From positions 1,596 through 65,595 of the forward strand of contig CAVDSY010000025.1 of assembly GCA_963611815.1 (NCBI GenBank): DNA of 64,000 nucleotides, read 5' to 3'. The position numbers and the translations under genes are program-made. The notes under the pieces were generated by a model that was given only the letters and a program-made list of their open reading frames with translations, was not told the origin of the DNA and searched no databases. This DNA is from a bacterium (lineage in GTDB: Bacteria > Bacillota_I > Bacilli_A > RFN20 > CAG-826). Within the stretch, counting starts at the first letter, position 1; every line of letters starts with the position of its first letter. Positions 9,350 to 19,063 of the stretch are shown here, one piece after another.

Positions 9350-9364
9350 GCCAAGGAGGCAACT

Positions 9365-11941
9365 ATGCTGGACAAACATTACGATCACCTCGCCGTCGAA
9401 AGCGGCAAATACGAAAGATGGGTTAAGGAAGGCTACTTCACCGCCGGGGACACCCAGAAAGTCCCTTTCTCTTTGGTCATCCCTCCTCCGAACGTGACCG
9501 GAAAATTGCATCTTGGCCACGTCATGGACACCATCCCCGATGACATAATCGCCCGCTACAAAAGAATGAAAGGCTACGATGTCCTTTGGGTGCCTGGCAT
9601 GGACCACGCCGGCATCGCCACCCAAGCCAAAGTCGAGGCAAAACTCAGGGAGCAGGGGATCTCGCGCTACGATCTCGGCCGAGAAGGCTTCCTCAAGAAA
9701 GCTTGGGAATGGAAGGACGAATACGCCGCCACTATCCATGAGCAATGGGCAAAAATAGGCCTCAGCGTCGATTACACCAGGGAAAGATTCACCCTCGACG
9801 ACGGGCTTTCAAAGGCCGTCAGGCACGTTTTCGTTACTCTTTACAAAGAAGGCCTCATTTACCAAGGCGAGAAGATTATCAACTGGGATCCAGAACTCCG
9901 CACGGCCCTTTCCAACATCGAAGTCGAGCATAAAGACGATGAGGGCGAGTTCTTCTATTTCAAATACGACGTGGAGGGGAGCAACGATTCGCTCATCGTC
10001 GCGACCACCCGACCGGAGACGATGTTCGGCGACACCGCCGTCTTCGTTAACCCCAAAGACGAGCGCTTCAAAGCCTTCGTCGGCAAAAAAGTCGTTAATC
10101 CCGCAAACGGCGAGCTTCTCCCCGTCATGGCCGACGATTACGTCGACATCGCTTTCGGCACAGGCGCCATGAAATGCACCCCGGCCCATGACCCAAACGA
10201 TTTCGCGCTCGCAAAGAAATACGGCTTCCCGCTCATCAAGGTCCTCGACGATTCCGCGCACATGAACGAGCTTTCCGGGAAATACGAGGGGATGGACCGC
10301 TACGAATGCCGCAAGGCGTTGGTGGAAGACATCAAAGCAAGCGGGCACCTCGTCAAAATCGAGAAGATCGTGCACTCCGTCGGCCACAGCGAAAGAAGCG
10401 GAGCGGTGGTGGAGCCGATGCTCAGCAAGCAGTGGTTCGTCAAGATGAAACCGCTAGCCAAGAAAGTGCTGGAGAACCAAAAAACCGACGGCAAGGTCGA
10501 ATTTTTACCGAAACGCTTCGAGAAGGTTTTGCTTCGCTGGATGAGCGAAGTCGAGGACTGGTGCATCTCCCGTCAGCTTTGGTGGGGGCACCGGATTCCC
10601 GCCTATACAAGCATTAAGACGGGAGAGCTCGTCGTGACGGAAGAAGAGATGGACCCAAAGGAATGGAAGCAAGACGAGGACGTCCTCGACACCTGGTTCT
10701 CCAGCGGACTTTGGCCCTTCGCGACGATGGGCTGGCCGAATGAGGAAAGCCCGGATTTCAAGAGATACTTCCCGACCGATGTCTTGGTCACCGGCTACGA
10801 CATCATCTTCTTCTGGGTGAGCCGCATGGTCTTCCAGTCGCTCCATTTCACGGACAAAGCCCCGTTCAAGCAGGTGGTGATCCACGGACTCATCAGGGAT
10901 GAGAAGGGGAGGAAGATGTCGAAGTCGCTCGGCAACGGCATCGATCCGCTCGACATCATCGCCAAATACGGCGTCGACGCTCTCCGCTATTTCATCACGA
11001 CCAACAGCACCCCTGGGCTCGACATGCGTTACAGCGAGGAGAAGCTCCAATCCGCGGAGAACTATCTCAACAAGATCTGGAATGCCTGCCGCTATGTGGA
11101 GATGACTCTTGGCGAAGGCTATGAGCCTAAGCCAATCGAGAAGAATTCCCTCGGCGTGCTCGACAAATTCATCCTCTCACGCTTGGAGGAGACCATCAAG
11201 AAGGTCCAGTCCAAGATGGAAGAGTATCAGTTCGGCGCGGCTTCTGGCTATCTTTACGATTTCGTCTACGACGATTTCTGCTCCTATTACCTCGAGATGA
11301 GCAAGGTCTCCTTGGCGAAAAAGGAGAATGAGGATACCGTCAAAGCCGTCCTTTACAAAGTCATCAAGGAGATCATCCTCCTCATCTATCCATATTGCCC
11401 ATTCGTCACCGAGGAGATGTACCTCTCCTTACCTTGCCACAAAGCATCGATCATGCTCGAAAGCTACCCTGTTTTCGATAAATCCCTGCTTTTCCCGACC
11501 GCCGAGAAGGAAGGCAAGCTGCTCAAGGAGATAATCAAGGATGTCCGCGGCTACAAAGCGAGCCGCAAAATCGCCCCGAATGCGCCTCTTAACCTCACCC
11601 TCTCTCCAAAGCCGCTCTTCAAAGGGGTGGAAGAATATCTCGCCCGCTTCCTCTTCGCGAAAAAGGTGAACTTCGAAAAAGAGGCTCCCCAAGGGGACTG
11701 CTTCGTTTATGGCAAATACACACTCGTCATTTCCGAGGACGTCGACCCGGCCAAGCTTAAAGCGAACCTCTTAGAGGAAAAAGAGAGACTTTTGAGCGAG
11801 ATCGCCAGAGGCGAAAAGATGCTCTCCAACCAGGGTTTCCTCGCCAAAGCCCCCAAAGAGAAGGTGGAGGTGGAGAAAGAGAAACTCGCCTCGAACAAAG
11901 AGAAACTGCAAAGTGTCCTCTCGCGCTTAGCCTCCTTGTGA
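9365..11941 (+). CDS. valS: Valine--tRNA ligase
   Basis: ORF 9302..11941 trimmed to ATG 9365 (AAGGAGG SD at 9352-9358). HIGH motif (PPNVTGKLHLGH), KMSKS, C-terminal coiled coil. Confidence 0.95.
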   Translation: MLDKHYDHLAVESGKYERWVKEGYFTAGDTQKVPFSLVIPPPNVTGKLHLGHVMDTIPDDIIARYKRMKGYDVLWVPGMDHAGIATQAKVEAKLREQGISRYDLGREGFLKKAWEWKDEYAATIHEQWAKIGLSVDYTRERFTLDDGLSKAVRHVFVTLYKEGLIYQGEKIINWDPELRTALSNIEVEHKDDEGEFFYFKYDVEGSNDSLIVATTRPETMFGDTAVFVNPKDERFKAFVGKKVVNPANGELLPVMADDYVDIAFGTGAMKCTPAHDPNDFALAKKYGFPLIKVLDDSAHMNELSGKYEGMDRYECRKALVEDIKASGHLVKIEKIVHSVGHSERSGAVVEPMLSKQWFVKMKPLAKKVLENQKTDGKVEFLPKRFEKVLLRWMSEVEDWCISRQLWWGHRIPAYTSIKTGELVVTEEEMDPKEWKQDEDVLDTWFSSGLWPFATMGWPNEESPDFKRYFPTDVLVTGYDIIFFWVSRMVFQSLHFTDKAPFKQVVIHGLIRDEKGRKMSKSLGNGIDPLDIIAKYGVDALRYFITTNSTPGLDMRYSEEKLQSAENYLNKIWNACRYVEMTLGEGYEPKPIEKNSLGVLDKFILSRLEETIKKVQSKMEEYQFGAASGYLYDFVYDDFCSYYLEMSKVSLAKKENEDTVKAVLYKVIKEIILLIYPYCPFVTEEMYLSLPCHKASIMLESYPVFDKSLLFPTAEKEGKLLKEIIKDVRGYKASRKIAPNAPLNLTLSPKPLFKGVEEYLARFLFAKKVNFEKEAPQGDCFVYGKYTLVISEDVDPAKLKANLLEEKERLLSEIARGEKMLSNQGFLAKAPKEKVEVEKEKLASNKEKLQSVLSRLASL

Positions 11942-11947
11942 AACAAG

Positions 11948-11969
11948 CCCAGGGAAACCTGGGTTTTTT
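11948..11969 (+). terminator. Intrinsic terminator after valS
   Basis: CCCAGG-GAAA-CCTGGG stem-loop followed by TTTTTT. Confidence 0.85.
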
Positions 11970-12027
11970 AGAAATCCCTCCAATTCCCCTTTATCTCTAG
12001 GTGAAGGGAAAAAAGGAGGGTTTTCAA

Positions 12028-12219
12028 ATGAATGATTCAAGACTTCTAAGCGACGAGGAATTGCGGCAGATACGCCCAGGGGAGGCGCTGACCCTAGCGA
12101 CGGTCCTCGTGGTCTTCACGGTCGCTATCCTCGCGGTGGTGGCTTATAAACTTTTCACCACCAACAAAGGCAAAGCCCAGCTGCAGGGCTTCAAATTCGA
12201 GTGGGGAGGCCTCCTTTGA
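12028..12219 (+). CDS. Small single-pass membrane protein (63 aa), hypothetical
   Basis: ATG 12028 preceded by AAGGAGGG SD. One hydrophobic helix (LTLATVLVVFTVAILAVVAYKLF). The 3' end overlaps the radC start. Confidence 0.45.
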   Translation: MNDSRLLSDEELRQIRPGEALTLATVLVVFTVAILAVVAYKLFTTNKGKAQLQGFKFEWGGLL

Positions 12220-12872
12220 GGATCGCCTCGCTCAGCAAAAGCGAAAGGCCAAGGGAAAAAGCATTCGCGAAGGGGATGGGCGCGCTTAGCAATGAGGAAT
12301 TGCTTGCGCTCATCCTCTCAAGCGGCACCAAAGACATGGGGGCGCTTGACGTCGCCGCCAACCTGCTCAGCCATTACGGAGGGCTGTCCTCGCTTTCCTC
12401 TTGCCCTTATCTCCTGCTTGAGAAAGAGAAAGGGGTTGGGAGAGCGAAGGCTTCGATTCTTGGGGCTTGTTTTGAGTTATCCAAACGCCTAAAAGAGCCG
12501 GAAAAGGCGAAGGGTGTAGAAGAGGAAATCAGGAAGGATCTTCTGAGCCAGAACCAAGAGGCGCTTTACGCTTATTTTCTTGGAAAGAACAATGAAATCC
12601 TTGGCAAAAGGCTCATTCTCTTGGGCTCGCTAAGCGCTTTGAAGGGCGGGAAAAGGGCCTTGCTCTCATCGCTTCTCTACAGCCCTGGCGGGGATTTGCT
12701 TTTGGTCCATTCGCATCCATCCGGGATAGCTTTGCCTTCCAAAGAAGACATTCTTTTCACTTCGGAGGTCGCTCGCTTCTCTTCGGAGTTCGGCTTGCGC
12801 GTCAAAGACCACTGGATCGTGGCGGAGGGCCAGAGGTACTCTTTCAGGGAACAAGGGCTTCTAGGGGCTTAA
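12201..12872 (+). CDS. radC: RadC-like JAB/MPN domain protein
   Basis: N-terminal HhH-like segment (NEELLALILSSGTK) and JAMM motif HSHPSG...PSKEDI. The start is ambiguous (GTG 12201 or TTG 12216). The valS...radC neighbourhood matches Bacillus. Confidence 0.8.
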   Translation: MGRPPLRIASLSKSERPREKAFAKGMGALSNEELLALILSSGTKDMGALDVAANLLSHYGGLSSLSSCPYLLLEKEKGVGRAKASILGACFELSKRLKEPEKAKGVEEEIRKDLLSQNQEALYAYFLGKNNEILGKRLILLGSLSALKGGKRALLSSLLYSPGGDLLLVHSHPSGIALPSKEDILFTSEVARFSSEFGLRVKDHWIVAEGQRYSFREQGLLGA

Positions 12873-13216
12873 TCGAAGCCAATTAAGCCGCATCGCGCCA
12901 TAAGAGCCAATGCGTTTTGAAAGGAGCGGCGTTTGCTTTATAGGGGCGAAATCCCGAATCGCAAAAGCATAGGGCGAATTTGCTGGATATTGACTGCATG
13001 CTGCTTAAAAGGGATTTTTAGGAGAAATGGGCATGTGTTTAGGAAGAACGTTAAGCGAGAAAAAGGGAGGGGAGTTGCCGCCACGGTCTCTCGGCGAACA
13101 AATGAAATAAACGGCAGGAGGCAGGGTGCTCGTCGAAGTTTCCATTCAGCGTTTTGCGCTTTTTAATTGCGCGTTCCATCCCTATAATTAGCGGGTTTTC
13201 CAGGAGGAAACCCGAA

Positions 13217-14995
13217 ATGAAAAGAAAAAGATTGCTAGTCCTCACGCTCCCCGCGCTTCTCTCTTCGTGTTCTCTTGGTTTGAGTTGGGGCAAGAAAACC
13301 TCTTCCTCTTCTGAGCAAGGGGCCACTTCCTCAGAGCACTTTTCCCATGTTGACGACGCGGATATATCCGAAGATTTCTCCGATGCCCAAATTTATTTCG
13401 GCTCGCTCGATGATAAGGATGCCTACGCTTTGCCTTGCGCCTATTTCGACGTCGCCGAGGATGTGCCTTATGTCAGCGTCCAAGACTACTACGAGGGCTT
13501 CTTCAATTCGGCATTCGGGAATTTCTTCAGCGTCGACGGGGATGAGGTCACGAATAGGAACAATCTCGCTTCCCTTGTCTTCGACGCGGAGGCCAACGAG
13601 ATCTACAGCGAGGATTTCGACCAGTTCATCAATTACTCAGGCCTCAAAATCCATTCCGACATCTTCAGCGCCAATGACGCCAACAGCAACGCCATCACTT
13701 CCTATTGCGAGGAAGAGTCTTCCTATCAGAAAGGGGAGGAGCTCGTCTTCGACCTCTCTTCCTACGGCATGAGCCTCATAAGGCTTGATGGCGAGGTCTA
13801 CGCGCCTTTCTCCGTGCTGGACACCATCACCGTCCTTCCCACGGGCTACCGCTTCGTATGGAACGGCGAGAATTTCTTCTTGGCCGCCGAAGAATGCCTT
13901 TATGAGGGATCCGCCCTCACCGAATACGGCGAGGAATGCTGCTCCGGGCCGCTTTTCTCCTCTTCCCGCAGCGAGTCATTTGCCGAATACAATTACCGCT
14001 CATTCCTCTTTGAGATGGAGAATTTCTATGGCAGGTTCGATGATTTGGGCGTCAGCAGCCTTGACACGAAATTCTCCGCGATGGGGATAAGAAGCAATCT
14101 TTTATCGCGCGTCCCAAAGACCGCAGACGAAGCCATCGCCAAAGCCATAAACAACCTTTTCTGCGACGGGGGACACACCTATTTCAACCACCGCGGATTC
14201 GGCTGCAAATACAGCGCTTCGGAGGATCAGAGCCTTCAGCAGAACATCTATTACGGGGACGATCGCTATCAATACGCAAGCACCGTCCAGAATAGTCTCG
14301 AGTACTACCGCGCCCAAAGCAAAACCCCCTCGACCGGGCTCCATATCCAAGGTTCGACAGCCGTCATCCGCTTCGATGAGTTCTCGCTCAATCTCTATGG
14401 CCGTTCGCCAAGCAAGAAAGACGTCGCCAAAGACTCCACGAGCACCTTCGCCATCATCTACAACGCCTTCAAGAAAATCGAGTCCAATTCAAACGTCAAG
14501 AACGTCGTCTTCGATGTTTCCCTCAATGGCGGCGGAGTGGCCATCGCCCTTGGCCAAGCACTTTCGTTCATGAGTGACGAACCAGTCGAATTGAGTTTCA
14601 AAAACAACCATACTGGCGCCGTTTCCAAAGAAGCTATATACGTTGATAATGATTTGGACGGCGACACTGAAGACCATGATTCCTATGCCGGCAAATACAA
14701 TTTCTACATCCTTACTTCGGTTTGCTCTTTCTCCTGCGGCAACGCCTTCCCATGCGTCGCCAAAGAGAACGGCTGGGCGAAGATAATCGGATCGAAGAGC
14801 GGGGGTGGAGATTGCGTCGTGGGGAGTGGAATCACCCCCGACGGGACCCAGTTCTCGATGTCGAGCAACATCTCCCTCATCCACGAGGACGGAACGAGTT
14901 TCGACAGCGGGGCGAGCGTCGATTACGAGCTCCCCATCGAGTCCTATTACGACCTTTCCGCTCTCGATTCTTTCCTTTCTTCGAAGGCGTCTTGA
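13217..14995 (+). CDS. Lipoprotein with C-terminal peptidase-S41-like domain
   Basis: ORF 13154..14995 trimmed to ATG 13217 (AGGAGGA SD). Signal peptide plus lipobox LLSSC. S41-like motifs VVFDVSLNGGGV and ILTSVCSFSCGN...GSKSGGG. Confidence 0.75.
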   Translation: MKRKRLLVLTLPALLSSCSLGLSWGKKTSSSSEQGATSSEHFSHVDDADISEDFSDAQIYFGSLDDKDAYALPCAYFDVAEDVPYVSVQDYYEGFFNSAFGNFFSVDGDEVTNRNNLASLVFDAEANEIYSEDFDQFINYSGLKIHSDIFSANDANSNAITSYCEEESSYQKGEELVFDLSSYGMSLIRLDGEVYAPFSVLDTITVLPTGYRFVWNGENFFLAAEECLYEGSALTEYGEECCSGPLFSSSRSESFAEYNYRSFLFEMENFYGRFDDLGVSSLDTKFSAMGIRSNLLSRVPKTADEAIAKAINNLFCDGGHTYFNHRGFGCKYSASEDQSLQQNIYYGDDRYQYASTVQNSLEYYRAQSKTPSTGLHIQGSTAVIRFDEFSLNLYGRSPSKKDVAKDSTSTFAIIYNAFKKIESNSNVKNVVFDVSLNGGGVAIALGQALSFMSDEPVELSFKNNHTGAVSKEAIYVDNDLDGDTEDHDSYAGKYNFYILTSVCSFSCGNAFPCVAKENGWAKIIGSKSGGGDCVVGSGITPDGTQFSMSSNISLIHEDGTSFDSGASVDYELPIESYYDLSALDSFLSSKAS

Positions 14996-15183
14996 TCAGG
15001 GCGCGGCCCCGGCCCTTTCGAATTCAAAAAAAAGTCCTTCCCTAAAGGGGAAGAAGAGCATATCATATCCGCGTTGTCCCTCCGGGCTTAGAGGCACAAC
15101 CGCCTAAAAAAGGCTGAAGTGGAGAAATCCCGCCTTCCTAGCGAGTCTTATTATCAAGCCAGAAAATGGAGGAAAAGCATAGC

Positions 15184-15492
15184 ATGTACGCAATCGTTAT
15201 GACCGGCGGCAAGCAGATCAAAGTCGCCGTCGGCGACAAGATCTACGTCGAGAAGCTCGACGTCGAAGCCGGCAAGGATGTCAAGCTTGACCAGGTCCTC
15301 TTCATCGGCGGCGAATCCACCAAAGTCGGTTCCCCGCTCGTGAAAGGCGCTTCCGTCGACTGCAAAGTCGAGAAGCACGGTCTTGGCAAGAAGATCCGCA
15401 TCTACAAGTACAAAGCGAAGGCCAATGAGCGCAAAACCCTCGGCCATCGCCAGCCTTACACCTGCTTGGTCGTGAAAGCGATCAACGCCTAA
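15184..15492 (+). CDS. rplU: 50S ribosomal protein L21
   Basis: [14 protein letters not shown]... is typical of bL21. ORF trimmed to ATG 15184. Confidence 0.95.
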   Translation: MYAIVMTGGKQIKVAVGDKIYVEKLDVEAGKDVKLDQVLFIGGESTKVGSPLVKGASVDCKVEKHGLGKKIRIYKYKAKANERKTLGHRQPYTCLVVKAINA

Positions 15493-15496
15493 TCTC

Positions 15497-15823
15497 ATGG
15501 TTAAGGTCAAGATCGAATACAAAGGCAAGGATCTCCAAAGCCTGGAGATCAAAGGCCACGCCAACAGCGCCCCCTATGGCGAGGACGTTGTCTGCGGAGC
15601 GGTCTCCCTTTGCTCCTTCGGGGCGCTAAACGCCTTAGAGGAGCTTGAAGAGGAGTTCGATTATTCGGTCGATCAAGAAGAAGGTTCCATAAGGCTTGAC
15701 GCCAAAAGGAAGCTCAGCGAGCACGACACGATCGTGCTTGAGACGCTCATCCTTCAGCTCAAGACCGTGGAAGCCTCTTATCCCAAGAACATCGCCATCC
15801 AAGAAAGGAAGCAAGCAAAATGA
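15497..15823 (+). CDS. prp: Ribosomal-processing cysteine protease Prp (YsxB)
   Basis: Sits between rplU and rpmA. GHA...[10 protein letters not shown] carries the His/Cys catalytic pair of the Prp family. Confidence 0.9.
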   Translation: MVKVKIEYKGKDLQSLEIKGHANSAPYGEDVVCGAVSLCSFGALNALEELEEEFDYSVDQEEGSIRLDAKRKLSEHDTIVLETLILQLKTVEASYPKNIAIQERKQAK

Positions 15824-16110
15824 AATTTGTCCTCGACATTCAGTTCTTCGCTTCGAAGAAAGGCGTCGGTTCCACCAAGAACGGCCGTGATTCCGCTGGG
15901 CGCCGCCTTGGCGCCAAAGTCGGTGACGGCCAGCTCATCACCGCCGGCTCGATCATCTACCGCCAGCGCGGCACGAAGATCTATCCGGGGGAGAACGTCA
16001 TGAAGGGCGGAGACGACACCCTCTTCGCGACCATCACCGGCATCGTGAAATTCGAGAGATGGGGAAAGAGCCGCAAGAAGGCTTCTGTCTATCCCGTCGA
16101 AGCGAAATAA
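15820..16110 (+). CDS. rpmA: 50S ribosomal protein L27 with N-terminal Prp-cleaved propeptide
   Basis: [25 protein letters not shown]: the FFA/SKK cleavage site is typical of Firmicute bL27. ATGA overlap with prp. Confidence 0.95.
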   Translation: MKFVLDIQFFASKKGVGSTKNGRDSAGRRLGAKVGDGQLITAGSIIYRQRGTKIYPGENVMKGGDDTLFATITGIVKFERWGKSRKKASVYPVEAK

Positions 16111-16132
16111 GCCTCATTCAACTAAGGCAAAC

Positions 16133-16158
16133 GCCACCTTCGGGTGGCTTTTCTTTTG
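16133..16158 (+). terminator. Intrinsic terminator after rpmA
   Basis: GCCACC-TTCG-GGTGGC stem-loop followed by TTTTCTTTT. Confidence 0.85.
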
Positions 16159-16181
16159 CCCTTCGATGATGAAAAACGCTT

Positions 16182-16197
16182 CGAAAGCGCTTAGAAT
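16182..16197 (+). promoter_or_regulatory. cre-like palindrome overlapping a TAGAAT -10 upstream of the pullulanase gene
   Basis: CGAAAGCGCTTAGA (16182-16195) versus cre TGWNANCGNTNWCA: two mismatches, at positions 1 and 13. TAGAAT lies at 16192-16197. Confidence 0.3.
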
Positions 16198-16224
16198 TGT
16201 CACATAAGCAAAAAGGAGCTTCCC

Positions 16225-18882
16225 ATGAAAAAGAAACTTTCCCTTATTTTGGCGCTTTCAAGCGCTTTCCTCCTCGCCTCTTGCGGAGGCGGGGGTGAAG
16301 GTGGCCAAAAGGAGGGGCTGAGCACTTCGGAAAAGGAGACTTCCGCCCCGAGCGTCATCATCCATTTCTATGGCAAGGGCCTGGACTATTCAAAATACGC
16401 CCTCTGGCTTTGGAAAAAGGGCGGAGACGGGGCCGAATATCTTTTCACCTCAACCGACGATTACGGCGCCATCGCGACCGTCCCGATCTCGACTTTCGGC
16501 GTCAGCGACGTCTCCGAGCTCGTCATGGGCACGATCATGAAGAAGAAGGGGACTTGGGACGGGCAATCGGGCGACATGTTCGCCGATATGAGCCTCGCGG
16601 TGAAAGACGAGAAAGGCAACGGCTCGATCTGGCTCAAATACGGGGACGAGACTATCTATTATAGCGAGCCCTCCAAATATAGTTTCTCCAAGTCCGAGTT
16701 CGCCTCCTTGACCTCAATCAAATGGCATACGAGCGACCCGGTGTCGTCGCTAAAACTCCTAGAAGGGGAGAAAACGGTGAAGGAGAAGATTCTTGACGCC
16801 CCAACCGATTACCTGATTTGGGACCTCGGCAGCGATTTCGAAATCAATTTCGCCTCCACTTACTATTTGGAGGCCAAATTCAGCGAAGAGGTCTCGCTGA
16901 GGAGGCAGGTCTCCTTCAACCCCGTTTATGACACCGCTGAGTACAATGCTCTTTACCAATATGACGGGAAGGACCTTGGCGCCTCCTATTCGAAGGAGAG
17001 GACCGTCTTCAAAGCATGGTCGCCCTCTTCCAGCAAGATTACCCTCAGGATATACGCCAACGGGACGCCGGTCGCGGTGTCAAGCGAGAAGGGAGACGAC
17101 ACCCATAAGGACTACGAGATGAAGCTCGGAGAAAAGGGCGTTTGGAGCTATAGCCTAGAAGGCGATCAAGAAGGCAAGTACTATACTTTCGTCGTCACGA
17201 ACGGCTCTTACGAAGAGCAAGAAATCGTCGATCCCTACGCCAAAAGCGCTGGGGTCAACGGGGCTAGGGGGATGATAGTTGATTTTTCCAAGACCAACCC
17301 CGAGGGCTGGGATAAGGTCAAGGTAAACGAATACGACAAGAAGTCTTTGACCGTCTATGAAACGCATGTCGCCGATCTGACATCAAGCGCGACCTGGACG
17401 GGAAGCGAGGGCAAGCGGAAGCGCTTCCTCGGCCTCGCCGAAGAAGGCACTAGCTACGGGGAAGGCGAAGAAAGCACCCCGACGGGCTTCGATTACATCA
17501 AATCGCTGGGGGTCAACGCCGTCCAATTGCAGCCGATCTTCGACCAGGACAACGACGAAGTCAACACCTCCTTCAATTGGGGCTACAACCCCCTCAATTA
17601 CAACGTCCTCGAAGGCTCTTACAGCAGTGACCCATACGATGGCTATGCGCGCATCAAGGAATTCAAAGAGGCTGTGAAAGCCTATAACAACGCCGGCATC
17701 AACATCATCATGGACGTCGTCTACAACCACGTCGCGAGCGTCTACGGAAGGAATTTCGACGTCCTTGCGCCAGGCTATTTCTACCGCTACAAAGACGACG
17801 GCAGCCTCAGCAACGGCTCAGGATGCGGGAACGATACCGCCTCCGAGCGCAGCATGTTCGCCAATTTCATGGAGCAAAGCGCCTCCTTCTGGGCCTCCGA
17901 GTACAAATTAGGTGGCTTCCGCTTCGACCTGATGGGTCTCCATCCGATCAAGACGATGAACCAAGTCGTCAAATCCCTCCATCAAATCAATCCCTCGATC
18001 GTTGTCTATGGCGAGCCATGGACCCTTTCCACCTCCTGCAAGGAGATCCTGGCAGACCAAGCCGGAATCAAAGGGAGCATGGATACAGCCGAGGATTTCG
18101 CTGCCTTCAACGACGGCTTCCGCGACGCGATGATCAAAGGAGGCATGAAAGGGGCGTCTGAGATTGGCTTCGCCACCTGCACGAGCGTCTACCAGATCAA
18201 CGCCAGCGACATGAACGCGGTGGCTAACGGCATCAAAGGAACCACCCAAAGCGGGGCGATAATCGATGACCCCGATCGCACCGTCAATTACGTAACCTGC
18301 CATGACAATTACACCCTCCTCGACCGCTTTTCCGCCCTTGATAAGGCAAGCATGGAGGTCAGCTACACCGAGGAGCAGAAGGAGAGGATGAACGTCCTCG
18401 CCAATGCCATCACCTTCACTTCCCAAGGCGTCTCCTTCATGCAGGAAGGGGAAGAATTCCTCCGCAGCAAAGGCGGCGAAAACAACAGCTATGGCGGGCA
18501 AAAGGACGGCCGTGACTATTACAAGATGAACGAGCTTGACTACTCTTTGGCCATCAAGCACAAGGACATGGTCGCCAATTACAAGGAGCTCATCAAGTTC
18601 AAGCAGGAATGCGCCGGGCTCCATCTCAATAGGGAAGAGGCCTCGAACATTCAAATAAAGAAGGATGAGGCAAGCAGCCGAAACGAGCTTGTCTACGATC
18701 TCCCCGACGGGAAGGGTGGGACCTACCGGATCGCTCACGTCAACGGCGGCTCCGCGAATCCCTCGCCAATCGATTTCAGCGGGTTCGCCCTGGTCCTCGA
18801 CACGCTCAATAGCGGACTTGCCTTGGGGGAGGCGACCTCCCTCTCCCCATATCAGACCATCATCGCCCATAAAGCAGCCTGA
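16225..18882 (+). CDS. pulA: Lipoprotein type I pullulanase (GH13)
   Basis: Lipobox LLASC. GH13 regions MDVVYNH, GGFRFDLMG, YGEPW, YVTCHDN. N-terminal carbohydrate-binding-like modules. Confidence 0.9.
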   Translation: MKKKLSLILALSSAFLLASCGGGGEGGQKEGLSTSEKETSAPSVIIHFYGKGLDYSKYALWLWKKGGDGAEYLFTSTDDYGAIATVPISTFGVSDVSELVMGTIMKKKGTWDGQSGDMFADMSLAVKDEKGNGSIWLKYGDETIYYSEPSKYSFSKSEFASLTSIKWHTSDPVSSLKLLEGEKTVKEKILDAPTDYLIWDLGSDFEINFASTYYLEAKFSEEVSLRRQVSFNPVYDTAEYNALYQYDGKDLGASYSKERTVFKAWSPSSSKITLRIYANGTPVAVSSEKGDDTHKDYEMKLGEKGVWSYSLEGDQEGKYYTFVVTNGSYEEQEIVDPYAKSAGVNGARGMIVDFSKTNPEGWDKVKVNEYDKKSLTVYETHVADLTSSATWTGSEGKRKRFLGLAEEGTSYGEGEESTPTGFDYIKSLGVNAVQLQPIFDQDNDEVNTSFNWGYNPLNYNVLEGSYSSDPYDGYARIKEFKEAVKAYNNAGINIIMDVVYNHVASVYGRNFDVLAPGYFYRYKDDGSLSNGSGCGNDTASERSMFANFMEQSASFWASEYKLGGFRFDLMGLHPIKTMNQVVKSLHQINPSIVVYGEPWTLSTSCKEILADQAGIKGSMDTAEDFAAFNDGFRDAMIKGGMKGASEIGFATCTSVYQINASDMNAVANGIKGTTQSGAIIDDPDRTVNYVTCHDNYTLLDRFSALDKASMEVSYTEEQKERMNVLANAITFTSQGVSFMQEGEEFLRSKGGENNSYGGQKDGRDYYKMNELDYSLAIKHKDMVANYKELIKFKQECAGLHLNREEASNIQIKKDEASSRNELVYDLPDGKGGTYRIAHVNGGSANPSPIDFSGFALVLDTLNSGLALGEATSLSPYQTIIAHKAA

Positions 18883-18906
18883 TGTGATCTCTTCAAATGC
18901 AGGATA

Positions 18907-18939
18907 GCCGATGGGGACGCTAAAACCCCATCGGCTTTT
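18907..18939 (+). terminator. Intrinsic terminator after pulA
   Basis: 10-bp stem GCCGATGGGG/CCCCATCGGC with a 9-nt loop, then TTTT. Confidence 0.85.
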
Positions 18940-19063
18940 GAAGTTGCCTTCCCGCCTGAGTTTGAATGCCAAGAAAGTTCGACCGATGCTTTCTTTTTAT
19001 TCCTCTTTGGGGGGAAGCGGTTTAAAATTCCTGCGAGAAGGTTTTCCCAGCGAAAGAACGATC

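Noticed and set aside
12933-13166. 77-aa ORF in the radC-lipoprotein spacer
   Set aside because: It has a TTG start without an SD, a highly basic low-complexity sequence, and no motif.
15054-15183. Ribosomal protein L21 leader RNA upstream of rplU, and a hairpin CTTCCC-TAAAG-GGGAAG (15037-15053) preceded by A8
   Set aside because: The position is right for the Firmicute L21 leader, but I cannot verify its consensus by eye. The hairpin has its U-tract on the wrong strand for the upstream gene. I leave it unannotated pending cmscan with RF00559.
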